Shown: positions 41,921 to 52,365, numbered from the whole stretch's first letter. The stretch is DNA of 62,411 bases, filler included, from Dehalococcoidia bacterium (GCA_040882355.1; 3 parts of 3 records of this genome joined end to end with filler, not necessarily neighbours in it); one strand, 5' to 3'. Numbers and translations: made by a program. Notes: a model not told the origin generated them from the letters alone.

Positions 41921-44626
41921 TTATACGGACTCGCGATCGGGCGCGCTACGTTCGTTCGGGCGGCGGATCAGCTTGTGCAACTCTACCGCGACGATGACGG
42001 ACAGCGCTACGCCGATCATCTTTGGCCACATCCAGAAATCGAGCGGTTCCACACGCAGGACGTACTGCGTGGGTGGCAGATACAGCGCCCCGACGTGGAT
42101 CGCCAAGGCGATGGCAGTGCCGATAAACAGGAACCGATTTGAGAACGGGCTCTTCGCGAAGGCCGAGAGGTGCTCAGAACGGGAGTTGCCGACGTGGAAG
42201 ACCTGGAAGAAGACCATAGTAGTCAGGGCCACGGTCCGCGCCTGCTCAATAGACGCGCCGCCATGCGTGTCGAGCAGGAAGAGCAAGAGGGTGCCCGCAG
42301 CCATAACGGTCCCGGCGATCCCCGTTCGCTCCCACAGCAGCGCTGAGATAATCCCTTCGCCTCGTGGCCTGGGTGGCCTCTTGAGCACGTCCTTTTCTCC
42401 AGGTTCGAACGCCAGGGCGACGTCCTGGACGCCGTTCGTTACCAGATTGAGCCACAAGAGCTGCGCAGGCAGCAGGGGCAACTGGAAGCGAAAGATGATG
42501 CTGGCAAGCACCGCAAGCACCGTTCCCACGCCAGTGGCGATCAGGAAGAACGTCACCTTGCGCACGTTGTCGAAGACGATTCGGCCTTCCTCCACCGCTG
42601 CGAAGATGCTCGCGAAGTCGTCGTCCGTAACAACCATGTCGGACGCCTCCTTCGCGACGTCCGTGCCGGACCGGCCCATGGCAACGCCGATGTCGGCGGC
42701 CTTGAGCGCGGGGCCGTCGTTCACGCCGTCGCCGGTGACCGCCATGGTATGGCCCTGACCCTGGATCGCGGTAACAATCCGTAGCTTCTGTTCCGGCGAG
42801 ACGCGTGCGTACACGGGCGTGTCGCAGATCGCCTCTTGTAGCCTCGCGTCATCCATCTGGTCCAGATCAGACCCGGTGAGCACGCGGCCGTCTCCACGCG
42901 CAATGTCCAATTGCCGCGCGATGGCCAGCCCTGTTGTGGCGTGGTCGCCGGTAATCATGATCACCCGGATGCCGGCTTGCTGACAGCCGCGTACGGCCTG
43001 CCTTGCTTCCTCTCGCGGCGGATCGATCATCCCTTCGACCCCCAAGAACGTAAGGCCGGTGAGGTGTTCCTCCGCGACGAGCTCCTCAGGAGGGCTGGCG
43101 AGCTCGCGGTAAGCCATCGCCAGCACTCGCAGACCGTCGGTCGCCATTTCGTGCGCGGCCTGGAGGACACGCTCCCGGTCGAGTGATGCCTCGTCGATGG
43201 CAGCCGTACACATCTCCAGAATCTGCTCCGGCGCACCCTTGACGAAAAGGCGCGGAGCACCTTCGTCCTCGTGCAGCGTGGCGGCATAGCGCCGTTCAGG
43301 GTCGAATGGTATCTCCGCCCGGCGCGGGAAGCGCTCCTCGAGCTCCTCTTTGAACAGGCCCGCCTTGGCCGCAGCCACGAGCAGCGCGGTCTCCGTGGGG
43401 TCTCCGTGCACCTCGAACTCACCATCCGCCTGAACAACCCTCGCATCGTTGCACAGAGCACCCGCAAGCAAGGTGAGGCGGAGCGGAGAGGAGTCAGTAG
43501 TCTGCGTCGGCTGCCCGGCCAGCAAGAACTGGCCGGACGCTTCGTAGCCGCTACCGGTCACCTGGAACTCCCGGCCCGCTGCGTAGACCCGCGCCACGGT
43601 CATCCGGTTTTGGGTGAGCGTCCCCGTCTTGTCGGAGCCGATGACATCGCAACTCCCAAGCGTTTCCACGGCGGGCAGCCGCCGGATGATTACGTTCCGC
43701 GCGGCCATGCGGTTGACGCCAATGGCGAGCGTGATGGTCAGGACGACGGGCAGTCCCTCAGGTATCGCCGCCACGGCGAGGGCGACGAGCGTGAGGAACA
43801 GCTCGTGAGCGTCTTCGCCCATGGCAAGGCCCATCAGGAAACCGGCGACGGATACCACGAGCACGGCAGCGCCGATGATGCGCGCAAAGCGGTCCATCCG
43901 CTGCAGCAGCGGCGGCCGCGCCTCACCGATACGCTCAACGCCCGCGGCGATGAGCCCGAGCTGCGTTCGCTCACCTGTCGCCACCACCACCGCGCGAGAA
44001 CGTCCCCGTGTAACGACCGTGCCCGTGAGCAACATGTTGGCGCGGTCAGGCAAAGGCACGTCCTCGTCGAGAGGCAGCCTGCTCTTCACTACGGTCGTTG
44101 ACTCTCCCGTAATGAGCGATTCGTCCGTCTCCAGGGCGGTGCTGTGCAGGATCCGACAGTCTGCCGGCACTTTGGCGCCCGCTTCAAGCAAGACGACGTC
44201 GCCCGGCGCAAGCTCGCGAGCGTCTATCTGGCGTTCCCGGCCGTCCCGGATGACGTGCGCCTGGGTTGTCGCCAGCTTGTGAAGCGCCTCCATCGAGCGC
44301 TCGGCGCGATACTCCTGGCTGAACCCGATGACGGCGTTTAGGACGAGGACGGCCGCGATGATGCCAGCGTCGATGTACTCTTGGAGGAGAACAGTGACCA
44401 GAGCGGCAGCGACCAGAATGTAGATCAGCGGGCTCGTGAACTGGCGCAGGAGGATGGCGGCGGCGGTCACTCCTCCCTTGGCCCCAAGCTCATTGGGGCC
44501 AAGGGTTCTGAGCCGTTCTTGCGCCTGTATCTGGGAAAGGCCGCGCGCGCTGCTCTGAAGCGCGGACAGCGCTTCGTCCGGGGTAAGAGCCCACCAGGGC
44601 CGTTCTGGTAATCTCAACGTGACCAC
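41921..44626 (-). CDS. Type II cation-transporting P-type ATPase (CtpF/PacL-like)
   Basis: TGES, IPEGLP, DKTGT, KGAPE, GDGVND and LWLNLVT motifs. Confidence 0.95.
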   Translation of the reverse strand: MVTLRLPERPWWALTPDEALSALQSSARGLSQIQAQERLRTLGPNELGAKGGVTAAAILLRQFTSPLIYILVAAALVTVLLQEYIDAGIIAAVLVLNAVIGFSQEYRAERSMEALHKLATTQAHVIRDGRERQIDARELAPGDVVLLEAGAKVPADCRILHSTALETDESLITGESTTVVKSRLPLDEDVPLPDRANMLLTGTVVTRGRSRAVVVATGERTQLGLIAAGVERIGEARPPLLQRMDRFARIIGAAVLVVSVAGFLMGLAMGEDAHELFLTLVALAVAAIPEGLPVVLTITLAIGVNRMAARNVIIRRLPAVETLGSCDVIGSDKTGTLTQNRMTVARVYAAGREFQVTGSGYEASGQFLLAGQPTQTTDSSPLRLTLLAGALCNDARVVQADGEFEVHGDPTETALLVAAAKAGLFKEELEERFPRRAEIPFDPERRYAATLHEDEGAPRLFVKGAPEQILEMCTAAIDEASLDRERVLQAAHEMATDGLRVLAMAYRELASPPEELVAEEHLTGLTFLGVEGMIDPPREEARQAVRGCQQAGIRVIMITGDHATTGLAIARQLDIARGDGRVLTGSDLDQMDDARLQEAICDTPVYARVSPEQKLRIVTAIQGQGHTMAVTGDGVNDGPALKAADIGVAMGRSGTDVAKEASDMVVTDDDFASIFAAVEEGRIVFDNVRKVTFFLIATGVGTVLAVLASIIFRFQLPLLPAQLLWLNLVTNGVQDVALAFEPGEKDVLKRPPRPRGEGIISALLWERTGIAGTVMAAGTLLLFLLDTHGGASIEQARTVALTTMVFFQVFHVGNSRSEHLSAFAKSPFSNRFLFIGTAIALAIHVGALYLPPTQYVLRVEPLDFWMWPKMIGVALSVIVAVELHKLIRRPNERSAPDRESV

Positions 44627-44686
44627 AATTCGCTGTGCAAGCAGGTCGGGCCCGCCTCGCGGCGATTGACGTTCGCCACGCGGCGG

Positions 44687-45748
44687 CTACGGTTGCAAAC
44701 CCGCCTGATCGCGCGCCCGCCCCAGCTCCTCCATGTCCGCTTCGCTGCTCAGCAGCATCAACCGGTCGCCCGGGCGAAGCGTATACGAGCCCGCCGGGCC
44801 GACGAGCACCTCGCCGTCCGCGTGCTGGATCGCAAGCAGCGTCGTCACGGGGCAGCCGTTGAGGGCGTCCTGCAGCGGCCGCCCGACAATCGCTGACTCC
44901 TCCAACACGACCAGCTCCGCCAGGATCTGCTCCGCCTGCCGTCCCGACGCGAGCACGTCGATGAAGTCGACCATCAGCGGCTGGAGCGCTGAGAGCGCCA
45001 TGCGCCGGCCGGCCAGACTGTACGGCGAGATCACCCGGTCCGCGCCCGCGCGCCGCACCCGGGCCTCGCTCGCGGGGTGGCCGACGCGCGCGACGACGTA
45101 GAGCCCCGGGTTGAGCGCCTTCGCCGTGAGGGTGATATAGGTGTTGCCCGCGTCGGAGTCGGACGCCGCGAGCAGCGCACGCGCGCGCTCGATGCCCGCC
45201 CGCTGGAGGATCGCGTCTTGCGTCGCATCGCCTTCGATGATCAGGTAATCAAACTGCTCGGAGCGCTGCAGCGCCTCCGGGTTCGATTCGATGACTACGA
45301 GAGGAACCCCGCGGTCCGCCAGGTCGCGTGCGATCTCCTCACCCACGCGGCCGAAGCCGCACAGGATGTAGTGATTGCGCAACGCTCCGATCCGCGCCTG
45401 CATGCGCCGTACTCCCAGGGCCAGCGCCAGCTCACCCTCGACGACGGCCTGCACGACGGTCGTGAGAATGTAGAGCGCCACGCCCACGCCGAAGAGTACC
45501 ACAAAGATCGTGAACACCTGCCCGCCGTCGCTCAGCGGCTCCACCTCGCGGAAGCCGACCGTCGTCACAGTGGTCACCGTCATATAGAGCGCGTCCAGGA
45601 ACGACCAGCCTTCGATCAGCATGTAGCCGATCGACCCGAACGCGAGCAGCACGAAGAACGCGCCGGCGCCGGCGAAGAGCCTGCGCCATGGCGCGAGCGG
45701 ATCGATATGGAGCAGCCGGGTAGTACGAGGGGCTGGTGGACGGTTCAT
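44687..45748 (-). CDS. Potassium channel with RCK (TrkA-N/C) domains
   Basis: TTVGF pore, CGFGRVG and GDAT motifs; C-terminal RCK_C domain. Confidence 0.92.
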   Translation of the reverse strand: MNRPPAPRTTRLLHIDPLAPWRRLFAGAGAFFVLLAFGSIGYMLIEGWSFLDALYMTVTTVTTVGFREVEPLSDGGQVFTIFVVLFGVGVALYILTTVVQAVVEGELALALGVRRMQARIGALRNHYILCGFGRVGEEIARDLADRGVPLVVIESNPEALQRSEQFDYLIIEGDATQDAILQRAGIERARALLAASDSDAGNTYITLTAKALNPGLYVVARVGHPASEARVRRAGADRVISPYSLAGRRMALSALQPLMVDFIDVLASGRQAEQILAELVVLEESAIVGRPLQDALNGCPVTTLLAIQHADGEVLVGPAGSYTLRPGDRLMLLSSEADMEELGRARDQAGLQP

Positions 45749-45803
45749 GGGGGCCACCCTAACGGCTTATCCTTCGGGCGCTGCGATACAATGGCCAGCA
45801 GCG

Positions 45804-47207
45804 ATGGATGACATCGAGCGCTTCTTCTCCCCCAAGAGCATCGCCGTTGCCGGCGCTTCGCGCAATCCTCAGAAGCTGGGCTACGTCATCCTCGATAACC
45901 TCCAGCGTGGGCGCTATCGCGGCGACCTCCACCCCGTGAACCCTCACGGCGAGCGCATCCTCGGCCTCACGACCTACCGGACGATGCTCGACCTGCCCGC
46001 GACGCCCGACCTGGCGGTCCTCACCGTTCCCGCTCGCGCCGTCGGCGAGGTCCTGGAACAGTGCGGCCGCCGCGGCGTGCGCGCCGCAGTCGTCATCACG
46101 GCCGGCTTTCGCGAGACCGGCGACGAGGGCCGCGCTGCCGAGGACGAGCTGCTCGCCCTCGCCCGACGCCACGGCATCCGGCTGGTCGGGCCGAACTCCG
46201 TAGGCATCATCAACACCGCCATCGGCATGAACGCGACCTTCGCGGAGACGGCGCCCTACCAGTACGAAGTCAGCATGTTCTCGCAGTCGGGCGCTGTCGC
46301 AACGGCGATCCTCGACTGGGCCCGCTCGATCAACGTCGGCTTCTCCAAATTCGTCTCGCTCGGCAACATGGCCGATCTGAACGAGGTCGACTTCCTCGAG
46401 TACCTCGGCCGCGATCCGGAGACGAGGCTGATCGTCGGCTACCTGGAGGGCATCTCGGATGGCAGGCGGCTGATGGAGACGGCGCGGCGCGTCACGCCGG
46501 AAAAGCCTGTCATCTTCATGAAAGTGGGCGCGACCGCAGCCGGCGCGCGCGCCGCTCGCTCGCACACGGGCGCGCTGGCGAGCAGCGAGGCCGTCGTCGA
46601 CGCCGCGTTCCACCAGGCGGGCATCGTCCGCGCCAGAACGATGGCGGAGTTCTTCGATCACGTCCTCTGCTTCTCCTACGCGCCGCTGCCGCGCGGCCCG
46701 CGCGTCGCCATCGTCACCAACGCGGGCGGGCCGGGCGTGATGGCGGCGGACGCCCTCGAGGGCTTCGGCCTGGAGGCTGCGAAGCTCTCGCCCGCCACGC
46801 TCGACGCCCTGGCCAGGGCGCTGCCGTCCGCAGCGGCCACGGCCAACCCCATCGACGTGCTCGGCGACGCCGGTTCCGACCGCTACCAGACGGCGCTGGA
46901 GCTGGTCCGGGACGACCCGCGCGTCGACGCCGTGCTCGCCCTCCTCACGCCGCAGCGAGTCACCGAGCCGGAGCGCACCGCGCGCGTCATCTCCTACCTG
47001 GCGCGCGAGCAGTCGAAGCCGCTGTTGGCGGTCTTCATGGGCGGCGACGCCGTCAGCCGCGCCCGGACCATGCTCGACGAAGCGCGGGTGCCCGTATACG
47101 CCTATCCCGAGCGCGCCGTGCGGGCGCTCGCCGCGCTCGTTCGATACAGCCGCTACCGGCAGGACGTGCTGAGCGAGGCGCCGACGGGCGCCCCACCGCG
47201 CGCCTAG
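45804..47207 (+). CDS. Acyl-CoA synthetase (NDP-forming) alpha-subunit-like protein
   Basis: GAS..P.KLG, GPNSVG, SQSGA, SHTGAL and NAGGPG motifs. Confidence 0.9.
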   Translation: MDDIERFFSPKSIAVAGASRNPQKLGYVILDNLQRGRYRGDLHPVNPHGERILGLTTYRTMLDLPATPDLAVLTVPARAVGEVLEQCGRRGVRAAVVITAGFRETGDEGRAAEDELLALARRHGIRLVGPNSVGIINTAIGMNATFAETAPYQYEVSMFSQSGAVATAILDWARSINVGFSKFVSLGNMADLNEVDFLEYLGRDPETRLIVGYLEGISDGRRLMETARRVTPEKPVIFMKVGATAAGARAARSHTGALASSEAVVDAAFHQAGIVRARTMAEFFDHVLCFSYAPLPRGPRVAIVTNAGGPGVMAADALEGFGLEAAKLSPATLDALARALPSAAATANPIDVLGDAGSDRYQTALELVRDDPRVDAVLALLTPQRVTEPERTARVISYLAREQSKPLLAVFMGGDAVSRARTMLDEARVPVYAYPERAVRALAALVRYSRYRQDVLSEAPTGAPPRA

Positions 47208-47213
47208 CGCAAC

Positions 47214-47972
47214 CTACGCCGCGACGAAGCCGCCATCGACGATGAACGGCGCCCCGGTGCAGAAGCTGGAGTCGTCGCTGGCGAGGAACAGCGCAAGCTG
47301 CGCCACCTCTTCCGGCTTGCCCATCCGTCCGATGGGTTCCATCCCAACCATCTGAGCCGTACGCTCCTCGCTACCGCCGGTGAAACGCTCCACCATCGGA
47401 GTCAAGATCACGCCCGGACAGATCGCGTTCACTCGAATGCCCTGCTGACCGTATTCCAGAGCCGCCGTCTTGCTCAGTTGGACCACGCCGCCCTTCGACG
47501 CGGCGTAGGCCGGAATGCCCTGGAAACCGACCAGGCCCGCGACCGATGCGTTGTTGATGATCGAGCCGCCGCCTCGCTGGAGCAGGACGGGGATCGCATA
47601 CTTCATCCCGAGGAACACACCCTTCAGGTTGATGTTGATCACGCGCTCCCAGTTGTCCAGCGTGCAGTCCGCCGTGGGCGCGGTCTCGCCCTCCACGCCG
47701 GCGTTGTTGAAGATCACGTCCAGCCCGCCGAAACGCTCGACGGCTGTGTCGATCATGCGCTGCACGTCGTCCGGGCTGGAGACGTCCGTCTTGACGAAGA
47801 CCGCCTCGCCGCCGGCCTTCCCGATCGCCTCGGTGACCTCTTTGCCCTGCGATTCGCTCCAGTCCGCCGCGACCACCTTCGCTCCCTCCGCCCCGAAGAG
47901 CAGCGACGCCGCGCGTCCGATGCCCGATGCGGCGCCCGTCACGATCGCGACCTTCCCGTCGAGCTTGCCCAT
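47214..47972 (-). CDS. SDR family oxidoreductase
   Basis: TGAASGIG, NNAG and YAASK motifs. Confidence 0.95.
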   Translation of the reverse strand: MGKLDGKVAIVTGAASGIGRAASLLFGAEGAKVVAADWSESQGKEVTEAIGKAGGEAVFVKTDVSSPDDVQRMIDTAVERFGGLDVIFNNAGVEGETAPTADCTLDNWERVININLKGVFLGMKYAIPVLLQRGGGSIINNASVAGLVGFQGIPAYAASKGGVVQLSKTAALEYGQQGIRVNAICPGVILTPMVERFTGGSEERTAQMVGMEPIGRMGKPEEVAQLALFLASDDSSFCTGAPFIVDGGFVAA

Positions 47973-47982
47973 AACCTACCTC

Positions 47983-49122
47983 CTAGCCGGTCGGCGCCGG
48001 TCGTTCGCGAAACTGGAACTCGGGACAGTTGAGCCCCGGGTACGTGTCGTGCACTTCGGGCCGCTGCACCAGGCAGGCGACACCGTCGAAGTAAACGCAG
48101 TTCGCGCACGCGTGCAGGTGCTGGCCGCAGCGCAGGCAGCGGTCGTCCTTCTCCACGACGCTGAACGGCACGGCGCGTCCGCAGGCCTGGCAATAGCGGC
48201 CCCGCGAGCCGGCCTCACCGGTGACCGGCGCTTCCGGCCGCACCAGCAGCACGGGAGCGGCGCCTTGGAGCACGCGGTCCGCAACGCTGCCGAGGGCCAT
48301 GCGGGCGAGCCCTCCTCTGCTGTGCGACGCCATCACCACCAGGTCGATCGCGTCCTCCTGCACGAGGTCCGTCAGACAGTCTGCGGGGAAGCCGTGCAGC
48401 ACCTTCGTCTCTACGGGCCGGCCGGTGCCCAGACTGTCGCGGATGCGGGTGAGGTAGTCCTGCGCCGCAGCCGTCAGCTCCTTGTCGATCTGGCCCATAT
48501 CGATCTGTGGCACGCCGTACAGGTACGACTGCGCCGCCCAGCTCAGCGCTTGAGCGAGCACGACGCTCGCGCCGAAGGTGTCGGCCAGCTCGAGCGCCGG
48601 CTTGAGCGCCGACTCGGAAAGAGCGGAGCCATCGAGCGGCACGAGGATCCGCTTGATGGGGCCTGGCGCAACCTTCTTCTCCAGTACCTTCGGCCCGACC
48701 GCCAGCGTCGTCACCGGGGCCCGGCGCAGGAGCGCGCCAGCGACGCTGCCGTACCACCAACGCCCGATACCCGAGCGTCCGTGCGTCGCGAGCACCAACA
48801 GCCGCGGGTCGCGCTGCCCGATCAGGTTCAGCACCTCCTCGACCGGGTGACCGATGAGCACCTCAGCGTCCGCAACGACGCCTTCCGCCTCGCTCTGCTT
48901 CACCAGGCCAAGCAGGTACTCCATGTAGTAGGCTTGTGCGCTCTCCGTCATGTCCTTCGCCACGGCGGGGAGATCGGTGAGCAGCGTGGGCTCCGACCCC
49001 TCCCACACCGTGACCAGCAGGAGGCGCGCGCCCAAAGGCTTGGCCACGCGCCGCGCGTAAGGCAGGGCCGCCTCGGACAGCTCCGATCCGTCCAGCGGCA
49101 CGACGATGAGTGGTTCTGTCAT
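47983..49122 (-). CDS. Tandem USP protein with a C-terminal Cys-rich domain
   Basis: Two VPLDGS...GSVA domains followed by CQAC..CLRC..HACANC..C..NC. Confidence 0.88.
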   Translation of the reverse strand: MTEPLIVVPLDGSELSEAALPYARRVAKPLGARLLLVTVWEGSEPTLLTDLPAVAKDMTESAQAYYMEYLLGLVKQSEAEGVVADAEVLIGHPVEEVLNLIGQRDPRLLVLATHGRSGIGRWWYGSVAGALLRRAPVTTLAVGPKVLEKKVAPGPIKRILVPLDGSALSESALKPALELADTFGASVVLAQALSWAAQSYLYGVPQIDMGQIDKELTAAAQDYLTRIRDSLGTGRPVETKVLHGFPADCLTDLVQEDAIDLVVMASHSRGGLARMALGSVADRVLQGAAPVLLVRPEAPVTGEAGSRGRYCQACGRAVPFSVVEKDDRCLRCGQHLHACANCVYFDGVACLVQRPEVHDTYPGLNCPEFQFRERPAPTG

Positions 49123-49138
49123 GTTCAGTCTCCTCGCC

Positions 49139-49663
49139 TCAGCGGCCCGCGGGCTCGCCACTCGAAAGCTCGCTTAGCAGCGCCTCGTCCAGGAGCTGCT
49201 CTTCCTTCTCCTCCTCACGCTCGAACTCCTCAACGGGTGGCCGCACGATGAGCACCGGGCAGCGCGAGGAGTGGAGCACCTTCTGGGCGACGCTCCCGAA
49301 CACGTGCCAGCCGACCCCGCCCAGTCCATGCGAGCTCATCGCGATGAGCTCGCAGCGCTCTTGCTCGGCCAGACGTACCAGCGTTGACGCCACCTCGCCC
49401 TTGAGGACGCGCGTCTCTACGTGCAGACGGTCCTTCTTCAGCCGCTCGGCAAGCGCCTCCAGATAGGCTTCCGCCTCCCTGGCCTGCGCCTCCTGCACCT
49501 GATCGAGCAGGTTCGGCGCGTAGAAGCGGCCGGGAACGGGCGGCGGCACCACCCTCGCCAGCACGAGCACGCCGTTGACGCCCTCCGCCATGTCACTGGC
49601 GATGCGCAGCGCCTCCTCTGCGAGGTCGGAGCCGTCCAGCGGCACGAGCAATCTCTTGATCAT
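49139..49663 (-). CDS. Universal stress protein
   Basis: LLVPLDGS and MSSHG..FGSVAQKV..CPVLIVR motifs. Confidence 0.92.
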   Translation of the reverse strand: MIKRLLVPLDGSDLAEEALRIASDMAEGVNGVLVLARVVPPPVPGRFYAPNLLDQVQEAQAREAEAYLEALAERLKKDRLHVETRVLKGEVASTLVRLAEQERCELIAMSSHGLGGVGWHVFGSVAQKVLHSSRCPVLIVRPPVEEFEREEEKEEQLLDEALLSELSSGEPAGR

Positions 49664-49721
49664 GCGGTGTTCTCCTCCGCTGTTCTCGATTCACTTTAGC
49701 TTCACGCGTTGACCCAGTGTA

Positions 49722-49756
49722 GGGCCGTTTGGCCCGCCCCGGAGGGCGAATGACCC
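49722..49756. promoter_or_regulatory. Tandem DosR/NarL-like palindromic boxes upstream of the USP operon
   Basis: GGGCCGTTTGGCCC and AGGGCGAATGACCC, starts 21 bp apart; the first is centred about -42 relative to a TAAAGT -10. Confidence 0.5.
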
Positions 49757-49815
49757 ATTACGATGGTGACCCGCCCCTTCGGAGGGAGGCGCCTCGGCCA
49801 ACCCCGGGCCCGGGG

Positions 49816-50610
49816 TCAGTCGAACGGGCCCCAGCGGCGCGCCGCGGCCCGCGGTCTGGGTGGCGACACCGTCCGGCCTAGCACGAACAGCTTCACCAGC
49901 GCAAGGCCCGCGACGAAGCCACCGATGTGCGCGAACCAGGCAACGCCGCCGCCCGCGCCGACAACGTCGGCGGTGAGCGACGCGGCGCCGTTGAAGAGCT
50001 GCAGCAGGAACCAGATGCCGATCAGCACGATGGCGGGCACATCGATGGGCATCCAGATGAAGATGAAGATCGGCAGGATCGCCGCGACCGTCGCTCGAGG
50101 GTACAGCACAAGGTAGGCGCCCATCACAGCCGAGATCGCGCCGCTCGCGCCGATGGCGGGCGTCAGGTCGTTCTGGCTGACCGCAACGTGCGCCGCCGTC
50201 GCCGCGAACCCGCCGATCACGTAGAAGATTGCGTAGCGCGCGTGGCCCATCGCGTCTTCGACGTTGTCGCCGAAGACCCACAGGAAGATCATGTTCCCGG
50301 CGATATGGAGCCAGCCGCCGTGCAGGAACATCGAACTGAGCGCCGTCAGCAGCACCCGGTCGCCGGTCGGGCAGACGAAGGCGAGATCGCGCGCGGCAAC
50401 GTCCGGCGTGAAGCCGAAGCGGTCGCCCAGGCAGGCGGGAATCGCGCCCCAGTCGAAGAAGAAGCGGTCGAGCTCGGAAAACCCGCCGAAGATGCCCGGC
50501 GCCGAGCTCAGCGTGAGCTCGTAAACGAAGATGACCGCGTTGAGGACGATGATGCTGACGTTGACGTAGGGCGTCGTGCGAGAGCGGACGCTATCGCCGA
50601 TGGGGATCAT
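49816..50610 (-). CDS. Rhomboid family intramembrane serine protease
   Basis: FLHGGWLHIAGNM, GASG and AHIGG motifs. Confidence 0.95.
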   Translation of the reverse strand: MIPIGDSVRSRTTPYVNVSIIVLNAVIFVYELTLSSAPGIFGGFSELDRFFFDWGAIPACLGDRFGFTPDVAARDLAFVCPTGDRVLLTALSSMFLHGGWLHIAGNMIFLWVFGDNVEDAMGHARYAIFYVIGGFAATAAHVAVSQNDLTPAIGASGAISAVMGAYLVLYPRATVAAILPIFIFIWMPIDVPAIVLIGIWFLLQLFNGAASLTADVVGAGGGVAWFAHIGGFVAGLALVKLFVLGRTVSPPRPRAAARRWGPFD

Positions 50611-50674
50611 GGCAAGTCCGGCGACTTCAGAAGCGCCGTCCTGACCATGCTACCACCTCCGGAGCCCGGCCTCG

Positions 50675-51256
50675 CTACCAGTTCCGCGTCCAGAGCGGCT
50701 CCGCGCGACGCTCGGCCTTGTTGACGTAGCGGGCGAGCGCGAAGAGCAGGTCGGCCAGGCGGTTCAGGTAAGCCAGGATGAGCGGGTTCACCGGCTCGTC
50801 CCGCGCGAGCGTCACGACGAGCCGCTCGGCGCGCCGGCAAACGGTCCTCGCGACGTGCAGGAAGCCGGCGGGCGTAGCGCCGCCCGGCAACACGAACGTC
50901 CGCAACGGTGGCACTCGCGCGTCGTACTCATCGATCAAGCCTTCCAGCCATTCGATGCGGCTCTCGTCGAGCTGGAAGGAATCGTCGGCCTTCTTCACGC
51001 GCCGCACCGGTCGGTCGCTCGCCAGCTCCGCGCCGATGTCGAACAGCTCGTTCTGGATCGCCTGGAGCGGCGCCAGGAGACGGCGCTGGCGTAGGAGCGA
51101 TATCGCCACACCGAGGACCGAGTTCAGCTCATCCAGCGCCCCGTACGCGGCGACGCGCGGATGGTCCTTCGCCACGCGACGCCCGCCGAACAGCGCCGTC
51201 TCACCCTGGTCGCCGGTGCGAGTGTAGAGCTTCGATTTGGCTGGGCGGCGGGGCAC
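50675..51256 (-). CDS. ATP:cob(I)alamin adenosyltransferase (PduO type)
   Basis: LYTRTGDQGET, YGALDELNS, CRRAER and YLNRLAD motifs. Confidence 0.93.
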   Translation of the reverse strand: MPRRPAKSKLYTRTGDQGETALFGGRRVAKDHPRVAAYGALDELNSVLGVAISLLRQRRLLAPLQAIQNELFDIGAELASDRPVRRVKKADDSFQLDESRIEWLEGLIDEYDARVPPLRTFVLPGGATPAGFLHVARTVCRRAERLVVTLARDEPVNPLILAYLNRLADLLFALARYVNKAERRAEPLWTRNW

Positions 51257-51303
51257 AGTGGGTGTATTATACACCCTGCTATTCGAGCGAGTTGGAGGCG
51301 CGA

Positions 51304-52095
51304 ATGGAGCTTGGTTTGCAGGGAAAGGCCGCTCTGGTCGGCGGCGCCAGCCGCGGCATCGGCAAGGCCGTCGCGATCGGCCTCGCGCGCGAAGGCTGTC
51401 GCGTCGCCATCTGCGGGCGCAACCGCGACACGCTCGACGCTGCGGCCGACGAGATCCGCGCCGCTACCAGCATCGACGTGCTCCCCTTCGTGTGCGACAT
51501 GTCGGACGCCGGCGACATCCAGCGCTTCGTCGCCGCGACGGTCGAGGCCTTCGGGCGGCTCGACGTCGTCGTTAACAACGCGGGCGGCCCGCCGCCCGGC
51601 GCCTTCGAGGCGCACGACGACGCGGCCTGGCACCTGGCGCTCAGTCAGAACCTCCTCAGCGTGGCGCGCACCGTCCGCGAGGCGCTGCCGCACCTGCGGG
51701 CGGCCGGCGGCGGGCGGATCATCAACATCACATCTGTAGCGGTCAAGGAGCCGATCCCGGGCCTGGTGCTCTCGAACGCCGCCCGGCTCGGCGTCGTCGG
51801 GCTGGCGAAGACGCTCTCGCGCGAGCTGGGGCCGGACGCCATCACCGTGAACACCGTCTGCCCCGGCCTCACGCTCACCGACCGCATGCGCGAGCTGTAC
51901 GGCGGCCGCGCCCAGGCCCAGGGGCGCTCGCTGGACGACGCCCTCGCGGACGAGGCGCGGCGCATCCCGTTGGGGCGATTGGGTCAGCCGGAGGACGTTG
52001 CGGCCCTCGTCGTCTTCTTCGCGTCAGAGCCTGCGCGCCACATCACCGGCACGACCGTCCAGGTGGACGGCGGCTCGACGGCTGCGGTGCTCTAG
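51304..52095 (+). CDS. SDR family oxidoreductase (atypical active site)
   Basis: GGASRGIG, NNAGGPP and LSNAAR motifs. Confidence 0.92.
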   Translation: MELGLQGKAALVGGASRGIGKAVAIGLAREGCRVAICGRNRDTLDAAADEIRAATSIDVLPFVCDMSDAGDIQRFVAATVEAFGRLDVVVNNAGGPPPGAFEAHDDAAWHLALSQNLLSVARTVREALPHLRAAGGGRIINITSVAVKEPIPGLVLSNAARLGVVGLAKTLSRELGPDAITVNTVCPGLTLTDRMRELYGGRAQAQGRSLDDALADEARRIPLGRLGQPEDVAALVVFFASEPARHITGTTVQVDGGSTAAVL

Positions 52096-52365
52096 CAGGA
52101 CGCTGAACACGCCTAAGCACCAATGTCATTCGTTCCCACCCGCCCGCCGCTCCCCTTCCGGCACGGTCTCCGGCCCGCCTCATAGGCCCCTACGCCTTCC
52201 CCTCCACGCTGCCAGGTTCGAAGGCTGTATGCGCTCCTGACATCGCGGTGTCACGAGTGTTGCGTACAATGATTGCAGAGACGCGCGATCGAGGACTGAC
52301 GTGACGGTCCAAGGGGTTCCCTGATGATGCGAGTCGCCAATCCGCTTCCGTCCCGAGCCCCGGTA

